From Hemiscyllium ocellatum (taxonomy: Eukaryota), in contig NC_083405.1 of NCBI RefSeq assembly GCF_020745735.1, positions 13,160,913 to 13,224,912 on the forward strand: 64,000 nucleotides of DNA, in the 5' to 3' direction. A program made the translations under genes and the position numbers. The notes under the pieces are model-generated. The model searched no databases and had not been told where the DNA came from. It worked only from the letters and a program-made list of their open reading frames with translations. This document shows, one piece after another, positions 24,886 through 37,760 of the stretch. How positions within the stretch are numbered: the first letter of the stretch is position 1; every line of letters begins with the position of its first letter.

Positions 24886-26172
24886 GAAAACTAATAGAAT
24901 TATGATGACTTGCCATAAAGTGCTCCCCCACTGATATCTCAACCAGCCCTTCCCCATTACCTAACTTCCCAAGGGTAAGGTGACATTTAGCTCCTTCCCT
25001 GTGACGGAGAGCATTGGTCAAGCAGCTGCAGCATTGTAACTGGGACTGGGGTCTGCAGAGTCTTCAACTCATTGAGTTGAACCTAACAATAATTTGTCTC
25101 AGTGACATTTTCATTGAGTGAGACAGAGGGATTGTCTGTACGAGGCTGAGGTAATTTCCTGATGCTATCTTATGGAACTCACCTCATTAACTACCCACCC
25201 CACCCCATGATGTCCCCCTCATTCAATACCAGCCCGATTCTCCCACCCATCATGGCTGGAGGTACTCACCATCGCCCAGATGCCACTGGATATTCTGTGA
25301 TCCCTGACACTGGCACCATCTTTAAAAAGCCAATGGGCACACAGTTGAGCTTCCTCAGTGTGGAGCCGCCTGCACAGTTTACCCCAAGCATGGCAGATAA
25401 GGGGCAATTACACCACGGTTTGTTGAAAGGGGCACAGAGGTGTGGTGGATGGGCTAGTACAGAGGGGGACCATTCTCTTCCCAGAGGGGGCCACACCACC
25501 AGACCCACCGAGCATAGTCTGAGCTCACCACCCAGCTCAGTGCAGTATCTGCGGTCTGAAGAAATGTCCAGCAATACAGGACAAGCATCAATAACCTTCC
25601 CCGCTCTGTCAGGATAAGGGTCACCGTATTCTCTTTGATCCCTCACACTCACTGCATATCTGTTATAGCACCGACACACGAACAAGGCTCATCCTCCAAC
25701 ACTGTCACTGCTGCAAACAGCACCTTCCTTCTCTCTCTCTTTCCCCTCCACTCTCATTAATAACACTGTTTGGATACAACACTGTGGACTGTCTCCCTCT
25801 GGACACATCACCATCTCCATCCCCCCACCCACATCAGCACAAACAGCCGGGACCCCCACTTCCACCCTCCATTTCTCGCATTCCAAGAGAAACAGCCTGG
25901 AATAGGACGGAAAGGGACAAGCCGGGTGGTGGAGTGCCAATATCCATCTTCCCACCACCACCTGAACCTGTGTGTCTGTATTTGACTCTGTGAGTATCTA
26001 TATATAAGTGCAGGTCTGACCATCTCTGTAGTGTTGAAAATGAAACAATCTCTCCCTCAGCTGACCTCCCCACCCTACTGCAGTGACAGCGGCAGACAGT
26101 GACATCACTTGATGATTCAGACTGGGAGGGAGAGAGAGTGAGAGAGCTCAGAGCACGATCCAAACTGACTGC

Positions 26173-27714
26173 CTGTCCCCTTTAGTCCAAGAACTCCCCA
26201 CCTACGTTCGGGACACCACCCACGCCCTCCACCTCCTCCAGGATTTTCGCTTCCCCGGTCCCCAACGCCTTATTTTCACTATGGACATCCAGTCCCTGTA
26301 CACCTCCATCCCCCATCACGAAGGACTCAAAGCCCTCCGCTTCTTCCTTTCCCGCCGCACCAACCAGTACCCTTCCACTGACACCCTCCTTCGACTGACT
26401 GAACTGGTCCTCACTCTGAATAACTTCTCTTTTCAATCCTCCCACTTCCTCCAAACTAAAGGAGTTGCCATGGGCACCCGCATGGGCCCCAGCTATGCCT
26501 GCCTCTTCGTAGGATATGTGGAACAGTCCATCTTCCGCAACTACACTGGCACCACCCCCCACCTTTTCCTCCGCTACATCGATGACTGTATCGGCGCTGC
26601 CTCGTGCTCCCACGAGGAGGTTGAACAGTTCATCAACTTTACTAACACCTTCCATCCCGACCTCAAATTCACCTGGACTGTCTCAGACTCCTCCCTCCCC
26701 TTCCTAGACCTTTCCATTTCTATCTCGGGCGACAGACTCAACACAGACATCTATTATAAACCGACTGACTCCCACAGCTACCTGGACTACACCTCCTCCC
26801 ACCCTGCCCCCTGTAAAAACGCCATCCCATATTCCCAATTCCTTCGTCTCCGCCGCATCTGCTCCCAGGAGGACCAATTCCAACACCGCACAGCCCAGAT
26901 GGCCTCCTTCTTCAAGGACCGCAGATTCCCCCCAGACGTGATCGACGATGCCCTCCACCACATCTCCTCCACTTCCCGCTCCTCCGCCCTTGAGCCCCGC
27001 TCCTCCAACCGCCACCAAGACAGAACCCCACTGGTTCTCACCTACCACCCCACCAACCTCCGTATACAACGTATCATCCGCCGCCATTTCCGCCACCTCC
27101 AAACGGACCCCACCACCAAGGATATATTTCCCTCCCCTCCCCTATCAGCGTTCCGCAAGGACCACTCCCTTCGTGACTCCCTCGTCAGATCCACACCCCC
27201 CACCAACCCAACCTCCACCCCCGGCACCTTCCCCTGCAACCGCAGGAAATGTAAAACTTGCGCCCACACCTCCACATTCACTTCCCTCCAAGGCCCCAAG
27301 GGATCCTTCCATATCTGCCACAAGTTCACCTGTACCTCCACACACATCATCTATTGCATCCGCTGCACCCCATGTGGCCTCCTCTATATTGATGAGACAG
27401 GCCGCTTACTTGCGGAACGCTTCAGAGAACACCTCCGGGCCGCCCGAACCAACCAACCCAATCACCCCGTGGCTCAACACTTTAACTCTCCCTCCCACTC
27501 CACCGAGGACATGCAGGTCCTTGGACTCCTCCAACGGCAGAACACAACAACACGACGGCTGGAGGAGGAGCGCCTCATCTTCCGCCTGGGAACCCTCCAA
27601 CCACAAGGTATGAATTCAGATTTCTCCAGTTTCCTCATTTCCCCTCCCCCCACCTTGTCTCAGTCGGTTCCCTCAACTCAGCACCGCCCTCCTAACCTGC
27701 AATCTTCTTCCTGA
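26173..27714 (+). pseudogene. Penelope pol C-terminal part (RT + GIY-YIG), open frame but 5'-truncated; YIG motif reads YID
   Basis: Frame LSPLVQELPTYVRDTTHAL...MDIQSLYT...YIDD...IIYCIRCTPCGLLYIDETGR...HFNS...GTLQPQGMN (ORF 26281-27714 plus 36 upstream in-frame codons). Confidence 0.9.
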
Positions 27715-27845
27715 CCTCTCCGCCCCCACCCCACTCCGGCCTATCACCCTCACCTTGACCTCCTTCCACCTATCCCACCTCCATCGCCCCTCCCCCTAGT
27801 CCCTCCTCCCTACCTTTTATCTTAGCCTGCTTGGCTCTCTCTCTT

Positions 27846-27881
27846 ATTCCTGATGAAGGGCTTATGCTCGAAACGTTGAAT
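27846..27881 (+). ncRNA. Minimal hammerhead ribozyme motif in the Penelope 3' region
   Basis: ATTC-CTGATGA(27850-27856)-AGGGCTTATGCTC-GAAA(27870-27873)-CGTT-GAAT. Confidence 0.7.
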
Positions 27882-28399
27882 TCTCTATTCCTGAGATGCT
27901 GCCTGGCCTGCTGTGCTTTGACCAGCAACACATTTGCAGCTGTGATCTCCAGCATCTGCAGACTTCATTTTTTACTGCACCATCAACACACACACACGAG
28001 CAGGCTTGCACACCCAATGCTGGAATATTGCAAATATACTTGGGCCTGTCAGAATGGAAATGTTCACCTCTGAGTCAACCATTTTGTCAGGAGATGAGAT
28101 GAACTAATTTCTCACTCTATGACTTGCAATGCTTAAAACGTATCTGAGAAAGTATTGAAAAGTCCTGAAAAAGGTCCAGTAGTGTTGTTAATGATGCAGG
28201 AACAACATTGCTCAGTATCAGACAAAACTGCTGTATGCTTCCAAAGGTATTATTGGAAAAATCAAACGGCCGTGCAATTTGAGAGATTCACAGCAAAGGA
28301 TTTGTTATCTTCTGAGAGTAAAAATCTCTGCCATTGATGCAGTGGTGTTGGGAGGCCAGCAGAGGGTAGTATTGCATGAATCTAATCACAACACTCAGA

Positions 28400-28720
28400 G
28401 GCGAGCACTGCTGCCTCACAGCCCCAGGCACCCCGGGCTCGATTCCACCCTCGGGCGACTGTGAGGAGTTTCACATTCTCTCCATGTCTGCAGGGTTTCC
28501 ACCAGATTTTCCTGTTTCCACCCACAGTCCAAAGTTGTGGATGTTAGGTGAATTGGCCATGCTAAATTGTCCATAGTGCCCAGGGATGTGTAGGTTAGGG
28601 GCATTAGTCATGAGTAAACGTAGGATTGTATTTTAACGGGTCTGGGTGGGTTACTCTTTGAAGGATTAGTGTGGATGTGTTAGGTCGAAGGGCCTGTTTC
28701 CACACTGTTGGAATTCTGTG
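28400..28720 (+). mobile_element. Older HE1-like SINE
   Basis: GCACTGCTGCCTCACAG...GAAGGGCCTGTTTCCACACTG, diverged from the adjacent young copy. Confidence 0.8.
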
Positions 28721-28740
28721 AACTCTGCGAACAACACCGT

Positions 28741-29058
28741 GGGCGGCACGGTGGCACAGTGGTTAGCACTGCTGCCTCACAGCGCTTGAAGACCCGGGTT
28801 CAATTCCCGACTCAGGCGACTGACTGTGTGGAGTTTGCACGTTCTCCCCGTGTCAGCGTGGGTTTCCTCCGGGTGCTCCGGTTTCCTCCCACAGTCACAA
28901 AGATGTGCGGGTCAGGTGAATTGGCCATGCTAAATTGCCCGTAGTGTTAGGTAAGGGGTAAATGTAGGGGTATGGGTGGGTTTCGCTTCGGCGGGTCGGT
29001 GTGGACTTGTTGGGCCGAAGGGCCTGTTTCCACACTGTAAATCTAATCTAATCTAAAA
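28741..29058 (+). mobile_element. Young full-length HE1-type tRNA-derived SINE
   Basis: GGGCGGCACGG start, A box TGGCACAGTGG, B box GGTTCAATTCC, LINE-like 3' end and (TCTAA)n tail. Confidence 0.92.
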
Positions 29059-30473
29059 CAGGGACATATAGAGACAGAGGAGGAGGGAGACTTTGATTCC
29101 AATTTCAATCTATTTACTTCAAAAGCAACTTTGCACAGAGATGCAGACAGAGGTACACACAAACTGAGATACTGACACTAACACACATAACATATGCCCA
29201 CAGAGATACGCACACAGATTTGGACGTTTACACACAAACACACGAACCTAACACCACATACAGGTGCACACTGTCTTTAATACAGAGATATATATATGTT
29301 TCATTAATAAGTTATCAATGGTCAGTTGGAGAAGGCAGGAGAATGTGGTTGAGAAATATTTTTGCCGCGATCAAATGTCATGGCAGACAAAAATGGGCTG
29401 AATGGCCGAATTCTGCTCCAGGGTTCATTGCTCATATGATCTTGTGGTGCCTGGAATTGTCTTTCCACGACATCAGTGGAGGCTGAATTTGATAAGTATT
29501 TGATTTAGGAGAGTTAATGAGAAAGTGGACAGGCTTGAGGAGCTGAGTGATCTATATCTGTTTCTAATTGTCGACTCCTTTTATATCAAAAGAGTGGTGA
29601 TTGGTTTGAGGGGAACACATTTTGAGAATAAGGACATTCCCATTTCAGACTGAGACAGGGATGTTCCTTTCTGTGTAGGGTTGTGTGATCTGTGGTGTTC
29701 TCATGCCGAAGTCGCAAGGTTCAGTTCCATAGATCTTTGATGTACAAGACAATCCATGTTTCTTGGGAACAGACAGGAAGGGGATGTTTAGTCACATCAC
29801 ATCACATTCTGAATAGTGCAGCAGGCGCGAGGGGCTGAATGGCCAGCTGCTGCCCCTAACTCATATGCTGTTCTCTGAACCACTCAGTAATGTTACAGAG
29901 GTAAAGGAAGATCCCATTCAGCCAGTTAACATCGTTATAATGAGACAGGCGGAGACCATTCTGCCCTCTAAGGATTTACACAGGAATAGATTGAAGTCAT
30001 TCAGCCCGCGAAGTACATTACAGTGTAGGATGAGTCCATCTTATCTTTCTAGCCTGCTGCCCAGCAACAGGGGAAACCTGGTAAACTATCAGGGAATAAA
30101 CATTCAGAATAAATGTTTATATTCAGGTTGTAAAGTTGTAACTTGGTGGAATGCCTCAGGGATCCGTGTGACATTATCAACAACTTACAATCTATACCAA
30201 TGACTTGACTGAGGGGACTGATTGGATTGGAGCTCAATTAGTTCATTTATTAAGATAGTCATTTCACAGCATATGGAGACTCTGCAATGGGATACCGACA
30301 GGGGAAGTTAGTGAGCATATAATCTTTGCTCTATCGTTAATCTTGTAAAAAGATATTTTAGGTGGAAGCTTGCAGTTAATGCTGCAGACCTGATGCTGGG
30401 AGTGAAACCTGGAGGCTTTGGCATATGCCAAGGATGGTATTTAGCCAGCAGTGACCAATGAAGAGATTCTTCA

Positions 30474-30562
30474 TTGATGAAGGGCTTTTGCTTGAAACGT
30501 CGATTTTTCTGCTCCTAGATGCTGCCTGACCTGCTGTGCTTTTCCAGCACCACTCTAATCTA
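30474..30562 (+). mobile_element. Short Penelope-derived pLTR remnant with decayed hammerhead
   Basis: TTGATGAAGGGCTTTTGCTTGAAACGTCG...GATGCTGCCTGACCTGCTGTGCTTTTCCAGC matches the Penelope 3' region. Confidence 0.7.
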
Positions 30563-31789
30563 AAATGAAGAGGGTTACTCATCAGTTGACGTTCAATTTA
30601 GCTTCAAGAGCTGCTACTCCAGTAAGAAGGAGGACAGATCAGCACATTTCTGAGCCCTACTATTCATACTGACCATCACTGAGCCTGCAAAGGTGGGTGC
30701 AATCAGGGAAATAAGGGAGGCAGGCTAGAGGGCATTAAGATATCAAAGAGAACTGGTCTATGTCAGCATGGCTTAGTAATGGGAAGGTGCCAGACTCTCT
30801 CCCTGCCATTTTCTGAATCCTACCACCTCCCAGTTAAAAGCCAGTGAATAATTGAGCATGCATTAACACAAAGTCTTCCAATGATCATTTCTAGCCCTTC
30901 AATATTCAGGCCTTCAGTTGTTGACTTCCAAGCACTGGACTGTGCAATGAGACTAAACATATTGAAAACAGCAATCACAGAAAACATGAGAACTTGACTG
31001 GTTCAGAAATGCTTGCCTTATTTTGAGAGACCAATCTTGAATCAGTATAAAACATCCAAAGTTTTTCTATGATACGTTGAATTTTGCCTGTTTTTCAGTA
31101 TAAAGGTCTTGCATAGCCCAGAAATGACTTTAATACTGTGATATTGAAGAAATGATTTTCTCTTTTTTTCACTCTGTACTGTCTCTTCCACACCCCAACC
31201 CCTGCATTCCCTCATTGTGATATACTGTAGTCATCCTGTGGAAGTCAAAAGAACCCCGTACCAACACGACCAAGATGGTTCATGATGCATCTTGAAAACA
31301 AATAATATCCCAGCAACATTTTTTAGATCATAGGACAGCATTGTCAATATACTCCGGGGGATGGGTGGTGAAGGCAGCAATAACTAGTTACATTAACAAG
31401 ATTACAAGACTGGGATACAAGGTATACTGTTTTGTCATTACCCCCTCATTAACTTCACCATTGCAAGGCTAAAATCGGGAGCATTGGAATCCTCACTGCT
31501 CAAAGTGCTGATTCCTAATTACACATATTGCACTTTCCAAATGACAACAGCCCATTGTTTGAAGCAGTTTTCCTTTTTTTAAAATTAAAATGTTCAGTGA
31601 TGTATGACACATTGGGACAGGAATTTAAGCCTACTAAGTCTAATCTAGGAACTTAAGCCTACTAGATCGAGGGTAGGGAGACTATCATTCTACCATAATA
31701 AGCCTGTTTTGCATCTCACATAGAATCGATGCAATTTCCCTTAATTGTTTCATTAATCCCTGGGGATGTAAATAATAAGCTGCCTGTCA

Positions 31790-32170
31790 GAGTATTATGT
31801 GTTGCTCAGGTGTCACTGAGTAGGATGCTGATCTTTGAGTCGGAGAGTTCGAGACCTACCATCGGGTTTAGAATAGACTAATTGATACTGCCACAGCAGT
31901 GCAATTCTGAGATAATCCTGCACGTCAGATGTATATGAGGCATTAAACCAAAACCACTCTGCCCTCTAAAGGGACCCTTATTATTTTGAATTAAAGTGAG
32001 GAGATTATACCTGGTGTCCTGGCCAGTACTTATCACTGAATCCCGATGAGCTGATGATCTGGTCATCATCTCCTTCCTGCTTTTCTCATGGTACACAAAT
32101 TAGATATGACATTTCTGACATGTGACTACATGATCAAAAGTACTTCAGTTGTTGTATAGAACGTCTCTGA
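31790..32170 (+). mobile_element. Ancient Deu-domain SINE (SacSINE1-like) remnant
   Basis: Recalled similarity only: TTAAACC..CTGCCCTCT..GGTGTCCTGGCCA..ATCTGGTCAT..GTGACTAC..TCAAAAGTACTTCA. Needs a Dfam/Repbase search. Confidence 0.5.
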
Positions 32171-33867
32171 TTGAAAATTGACTTTGTCAGAACCTGCATG
32201 GATTATTACTCAACTTGGCTGTTCATTTTTCACTCTCTGCTATAAGAAAACACTCCTTCCCAACTTCCATCAAATGAGAATGAGACAAAGCTCAGTGCTG
32301 TAATATTTCACTTTTTATTAACATCTGGATCAAACTAATATACAATTCAATGCAAATATAAAATAAATTGAACCAGTTTTAAAGTGTCAAAGCAAATTTT
32401 ATTTTCCACCAAAGGAGTGTATTGAAATATTTCAATAGTTCTCATTGTGTCAAGTACCAGCAAACAGTGGAGTCTGTTCCAATCTATTTTATCTTGTCTA
32501 AAGAATAGGCTGAGGAAAAGAACAGTGCATGAGGAGAGCAGTACAGTGTGGATCAGTGATTAACAGCAGGAGAATTATTCTCCAGATTAGAATAAATGTG
32601 TAGTGGAATATACTAAAATGATCGAATAAGAGAAGCTAAAGTGGGATACTGTCAGCTGAATGTTTTATAAGCTTGTTAAAATCGGGTCAGTCAGGATCTT
32701 ATTGAATGGTGGAGCAGGATCGATGGGCCAAGTGACCTGTTCCCATTTATTGTTCATACCGCGAAACAATTTTGCTAGTTACTCGAGCGGAGGTATTAAA
32801 CACACATTTTAAACTGTTACATGGGCACATGCTGACATTTCTGTCTATGATTCCCTGGGTTTGATAGCATGTAGTTGACAGTGGCCCCAAGGGGTTCTGC
32901 ACTTGTTTCAGAGATCTGGAAAGAGATGTTTAGGATACTCTGAGATTGCATTAAGATGTTATATAAATGCGCAACTTTTTTACTTGCCTTCCTGCTAGGG
33001 TAGAGGGGGTTTTGCTCTTCATCAAACCTGTGCATCATTTGACTTAAATCTGCTTTTCTTTGTTGCATTATTGTATGGAGTTTATTCTCTTAAGTCAATA
33101 GCCTGGATTTTGCCCAAAGTTTAAGAGGTTTTTACTCACATTGGTGAGTTTCTATATCCCGTGAGGTAGATTCATTGCAGTCAGTAATGGGAAATATAGC
33201 AGATCAAATATAATGTTGTTAGTTGTTAATAGGTCAATTAATAGGGATAACTATATGTGTCCTATGAGCCTCAGGATTTAAAAGCCTTTTCAGTGGAGCC
33301 ACTGCTGATTTCCCCAACGCGCTGAACTCACTGATATTGAAACCTCTATAATCTGGGACAATGATGGAACTACAACTTATCAGAAAAGCTAGGGAACAGA
33401 GAGAGACTGGGGCTGAAGCTCAGAACACAGAGGCACTGCAAACCCAAGCACCCATTGACACAGCTTCTCGAGATGAGTTATGATGTGGTTCTGCACTATT
33501 CGGTTCTGATCTGTGATCGAAGCCAATGCTTCTCTGTTAAACCTATGTGGTTTGTGGAAACAAATAATGTCTGCTAGAAGGCAGCTACAAAGCTCTCTTG
33601 TGATAATATGACACAGAATCAAGTGAAATTTGGAGTATCTCCTTATGGGGCTTCTTGCATCATTTCAAGTGGCAGCTGAATTTGGTGATCAGGTCTCAGT
33701 TATTATCGAATTGGATGAAATCTTGTTAGTGGTTCATTTATTTACATTTCCCTATCTCTGAGGTTTGTCCCATTTCTTTATTTAAGAGCCAATGAGTGTG
33801 AGATCTCTTTAGTGCTGTCCATAGGATAGCCATACTCCTGCCACTGTGCAACTGCATATTTTTTTTA

Positions 33868-34177
33868 CAGATTAGACTTACAGTGTGGAAACAGGCCCTT
33901 CGGCCCAACAAGTCCACACCGACCCGCCGAAGCGCAACCCACCCATACCCCTACATTTACCCCTTACCTAACACTACGGGCAATTTAGCATGGCCAATTC
34001 ACTTGACCCGCACGTCTTTGTGACTGTGGGAGGAAACCGGATGACCCGGAGGAAACCCATGCAGACACGGGGAGAACGTGCAAACTCCACACAGTCAGTC
34101 GCCTGAGGCGGGAATTGAACCCGGGTCTACAGGCGCTGTGAGGCAGCAGTGCTAACCACTGTGCCACCGTGCCGCCC
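33868..34177 (-). mobile_element. Young full-length HE1-type SINE
   Basis: Reverse complement of the 28741 copy, nearly identical. Confidence 0.92.
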
Positions 34178-35869
34178 CCTAATTGATAGCTGCCTTTAAA
34201 AACAATCTGAATCTATGGTCACATACTGGTGTAGGAACCAAGCGGGGCACAGACCAGAATGAGCAACTCTTCAACTGCTGCAAACCAATGTGGGCTAGAT
34301 TTTCCAACTGTCATTATCACAGGGGTGCTTTTGGTGCCATATTCACTATTCAGAATAACAATTGGTTTTCCTGCTCGTGCAGCATTTCTCTCTATTACTT
34401 TACATAATACTGTGCTGTGTGTATGTGCCTGTGGTTTGTTTCTATTGATTTCTGTTCCTCAATGGCTTTGACATTGTTGCTGTATAGGATCAAAGGCAAA
34501 GTAATGTCTCCACAAGGACATTGTTGCTGGTTTTCCTCTGAGACCAGTGCAGAACTTTACCAGTTCATTGTCGGCCTGATACATTATAGTTAAGTTTCAC
34601 CTCTGCCAGCTGGTACAACATGGAAATGTGAGTATTGATGAAAATAAAGTTTATTTTTATTTAAGTCTTTAGTATTGTACTTATCAGGACACTCTCAAGA
34701 ATACCAGTGGAAAGGGAGAAAGCATTTAATCAGTCTGGGTAATGAGTGCTGATTGGTAAAGGCATGGAGAATCGACCAGGTGATGATTGGCAGTTAACTG
34801 CCAATGCTTGTTGTGATTTGACTAAATTAGCGATGGCCATTCTCTGACTCATTTGGCAGGGCAATACCGTGATCACTCAGGCAACCTGCCAATTGAAAAC
34901 TTAACAAAGTTTAGCTGTTAATTGTCCGTCACCATCTGACCAGTCCATTTCCATTGAGGACATCTCGATCAATCATTGTGCACTTTCCAAAGCATCAGAA
35001 CTCTTTTCTTGTTCAGTGTAAAATGTTGTTTCCCTTAATATCAAAATCCTTGCAGCTATCCTGATGTATGCAAGACAAAAAAAAGAGCATGTCATATTTT
35101 ATAGCAATATCCAATTTCTATATTTGCAAACAACCGTTTGAATAGGGGAACATTTTGTTAATGGAGTATCCAACATCCAGCTGATATAAGTAAAATGGAA
35201 TCTAGTTTTCGAATTTGAAATGATTTAACCCCCTGACAAGCCCACTTCATACATGCAGATCCTTTTTGAATATTGCATCAGTCTGGCTGTTGAAAGACAG
35301 CTTTGGAAAGTTGTTTATTTCTGTTAACTTCTATTTAATGAATTGCTGAAACAGTGGAAAATGCATTCTGTTGTATTTACAAAACTGAGATATCTTGTGA
35401 AACCAGGAGATGTGCACAGTGCCACATGTGCGAAGTCCCATTTAATGCTGGCCTGGACAAGACTGGTAAACTTAAACTTGTGCTTATCGAGAAAGGACTG
35501 AGATCTTAACTGGCTCATTATCATCTAATGTATTGAATTTAAACTTATTGTCTGCCTCTAAATCCTTCAAGGCTGTCTCTTGTACCTTTTATGTTCCTTG
35601 GTTCTCTGATTGTTTTATATCTTTTTGTTCATGAGTATGGTCAAGCCCCCTTAATTAGCTGTACTTTACTGATAAACTTCCTTAGATGCTCTCTGGTACT
35701 CATTCTGACTTTGAAAGCTTGCTTAAAAGCCGGTTTCATGTTTCTGGTCATTGGTCCTAACTCTTCTGATACATGCCAACAACCTTCTCCTGTTTGGCAT
35801 TCGGTGCATCCTTTTCCAGTTTGGAAGGTCAAACTCAAATGCTGAATATAGGGTTAAAGGCAGGATTCT

Positions 35870-36580
35870 TGGCAGTGTGGAGGAATAGCGGGATCTGGAT
35901 GTGCAAGTACAAAGTTGCCACCCAAGTGGATAGGGTTGTTAAGAAAGCATATGGTGTTTCGGCTTTCATTTACAGGTGAATCAAGTTTGAGAGCAGCGAG
36001 GTTTTGCTACAGCTCTACATGTCCCTGGTGAGACCACACCTGGAATATTGTGTCCAGTTCTAGTCGTCCTGCTATAAGAAATAGACAGAGGCTTTGGAGA
36101 GGGTGCAAAGAAGGTTTACCAGGATGCTGCCTGAAATGGAGGGCTTGCCTTATGAAGAAAGGTTGAATAAGCTCAGACTTTTCTTTCTGGAGGGAAGGAG
36201 GAAGAGAGGAGGCCTGATTGATGTATACAAAATAATGAGAGGAATAGATAAAGTCAATAGCTAGAGAATTTTCCTCAGGGCAGGATTGACTGGTACGAGG
36301 GGGTCATAGTTTTAAGATATTAGGAGAAAGGTATAGAGGAGAAAGGTTAGAGGTAGGTTCTTTATGCAGAGTGTTGTGAATGCATGGAAGGCTTTGCCAG
36401 CAGTGGTGGTGGAAGCAGAGTCATTAGGGACATTTAAGTGACTGCTGAATATGCAAATGTCCAGCAGTGAGTTGAGAGGTGTGTGGGTTGTTATTATATT
36501 TTACATTAGGATTAAACCTCAGCACACTGTTATGGGCCAAAGGGCCTGTTCTGTGCTGTATTTTTCTATGTTCTATGTTA
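35870..36580 (+). mobile_element. CR1-type LINE 3' fragment
   Basis: Decayed ORF2 C-terminus (CTGGTGAGACCACACCTGGAATATTGTGTCCAGTTC = LVRPHLEYCVQF) and tail GGGCCTGTTCTGTGCTGTA..CTATGTTCTATG. Confidence 0.85.
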
Positions 36581-37069
36581 AAGCATCTCATAAATGTGAG
36601 TATTAATATCCACTTTGGCAGATTTAATTGATTCTAATTGGAATGTATCTGCCAAACCTTTAGAAAAACCGAATCAGCAGACAACTTCAAACTGTGTGCA
36701 CGTCCATCACATAACATTGCTGATCCTCATCAACTTTTCAAATGCACTGCTCCATTCCAAATAGCGGACTACTCGTTCCCATTCAAAGAAATTTGTTTCT
36801 GATGGATGGAAGTGGTTGTTTCTGTACTTCTGCCATTTTTATTGAACTCATCTCAAGTTACAGTTTAGAATTTGACAGTCAGGCCAAGACTGTTGGTGTT
36901 AAGCTTTATCAATTTTGACCAGGTTGCCAGCTCTTCATGTTCTTGAATATTGGAATGGGACTGGATTCTATCAGCCCTCTAGGGACAGGCTGCAAGGTCA
37001 TTAGGTGGACAATAGGGTGGAAGATAACAAGGGAAGGAAGGAGTTTCAGTGGCTCTCATATTTAAAAGG

Positions 37070-37760
37070 CATCTGAGTGTGTATAAGAATAGGAAGGGTT
37101 TAGAGGGATATGGGCCAAGTATTGGCAAATGGGACTAGATTAGTTTAGGATATCTGGTCAGCATGGGCAAATGAGACTGAAAAATCTGTTTCCAAGTTGT
37201 ACATCTCTATGACTCTATGATCTACCCCTTTGCTCTTAATGTACTAGTCGAATCTCTTTGGATTATCTTTAACATTATCTCCCAAGGCTACCTCATTTTC
37301 CTTTCTTGCCCTCCTTATTTCCCTCTTGAGAATGTCCCCGCACCTCTTGTACTCTTCGAGATTCACTTGATCTCATTTATCTATATCTAATATATGATTC
37401 ATTCTTAATCTGAACCAGAGCCTCAATGTCTTTATTCCTCCAGTGTTCCCTCCTCTTACCAGCCTTATCTTCACACTAACAGGAACATTACGCCTCCGAA
37501 CTCTCGTTATCTCACTTCTGAAAGCCTCACTCTTATCGGCCGTCCCTTGAGCTGCAAACAGTCTACTCCAATCAACCCTGGAAAGTTTTAGTCTCATACT
37601 ATCAAAATTTTCCCTAGTTCAATTAAGAACTTTAACTTATATATAATACCAATCCTTTCCATAGATATTTTAAACTAATCGACTTATGAGCCCGGGCCCC
37701 ATAAAACTCCCCTACTAACCATTCAGTCACTTGCCCTGCCTTATATCACAAGAGTAGGTC
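37070..37760. mobile_element. CR1 3' end (+, ~37070-37220) abutting an internal CR1 ORF2 fragment (-, ~37225-37760)
   Basis: Tail CTCTATGACTCTATGA at ~37206-37221. Minus ORF 37373-37597 (LSRVDWSRLF...EAFRSEI..V...VP) resembles the CR1 ORF2 linker. Confidence 0.7.

Larger units (their letters stand above)
26173..27976 (+). mobile_element. 5'-truncated Penelope-like retroelement, same family as 13857-15665
   Basis: Near-identical to the reverse complement of the 14-kb copy. The shared 3' end is ...GCATCTGCAGAC(C/T)TCATTTTTTACT. A possible 5-bp TSD ACTGC (26168-26172 / 27974-27978) is weak. Confidence 0.93.

Noticed and set aside
23864-25021. 385-aa His/Pro/Thr-rich minus-strand ORF
   Set aside because: It is the reverse complement of the G/T-rich repeat, which is depleted of stop codons by composition; there are no domain features.
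25162-25685. Overlapping 151-aa (+) and 139-aa (-) ORFs
   Set aside because: No recognisable domain or splice structure; cannot be supported without a database search.
28741-29058. tRNA gene suggested by A/B boxes
   Set aside because: It is the tRNA-derived head of a SINE with a LINE-like tail; I found no full cloverleaf and no clear TSD.
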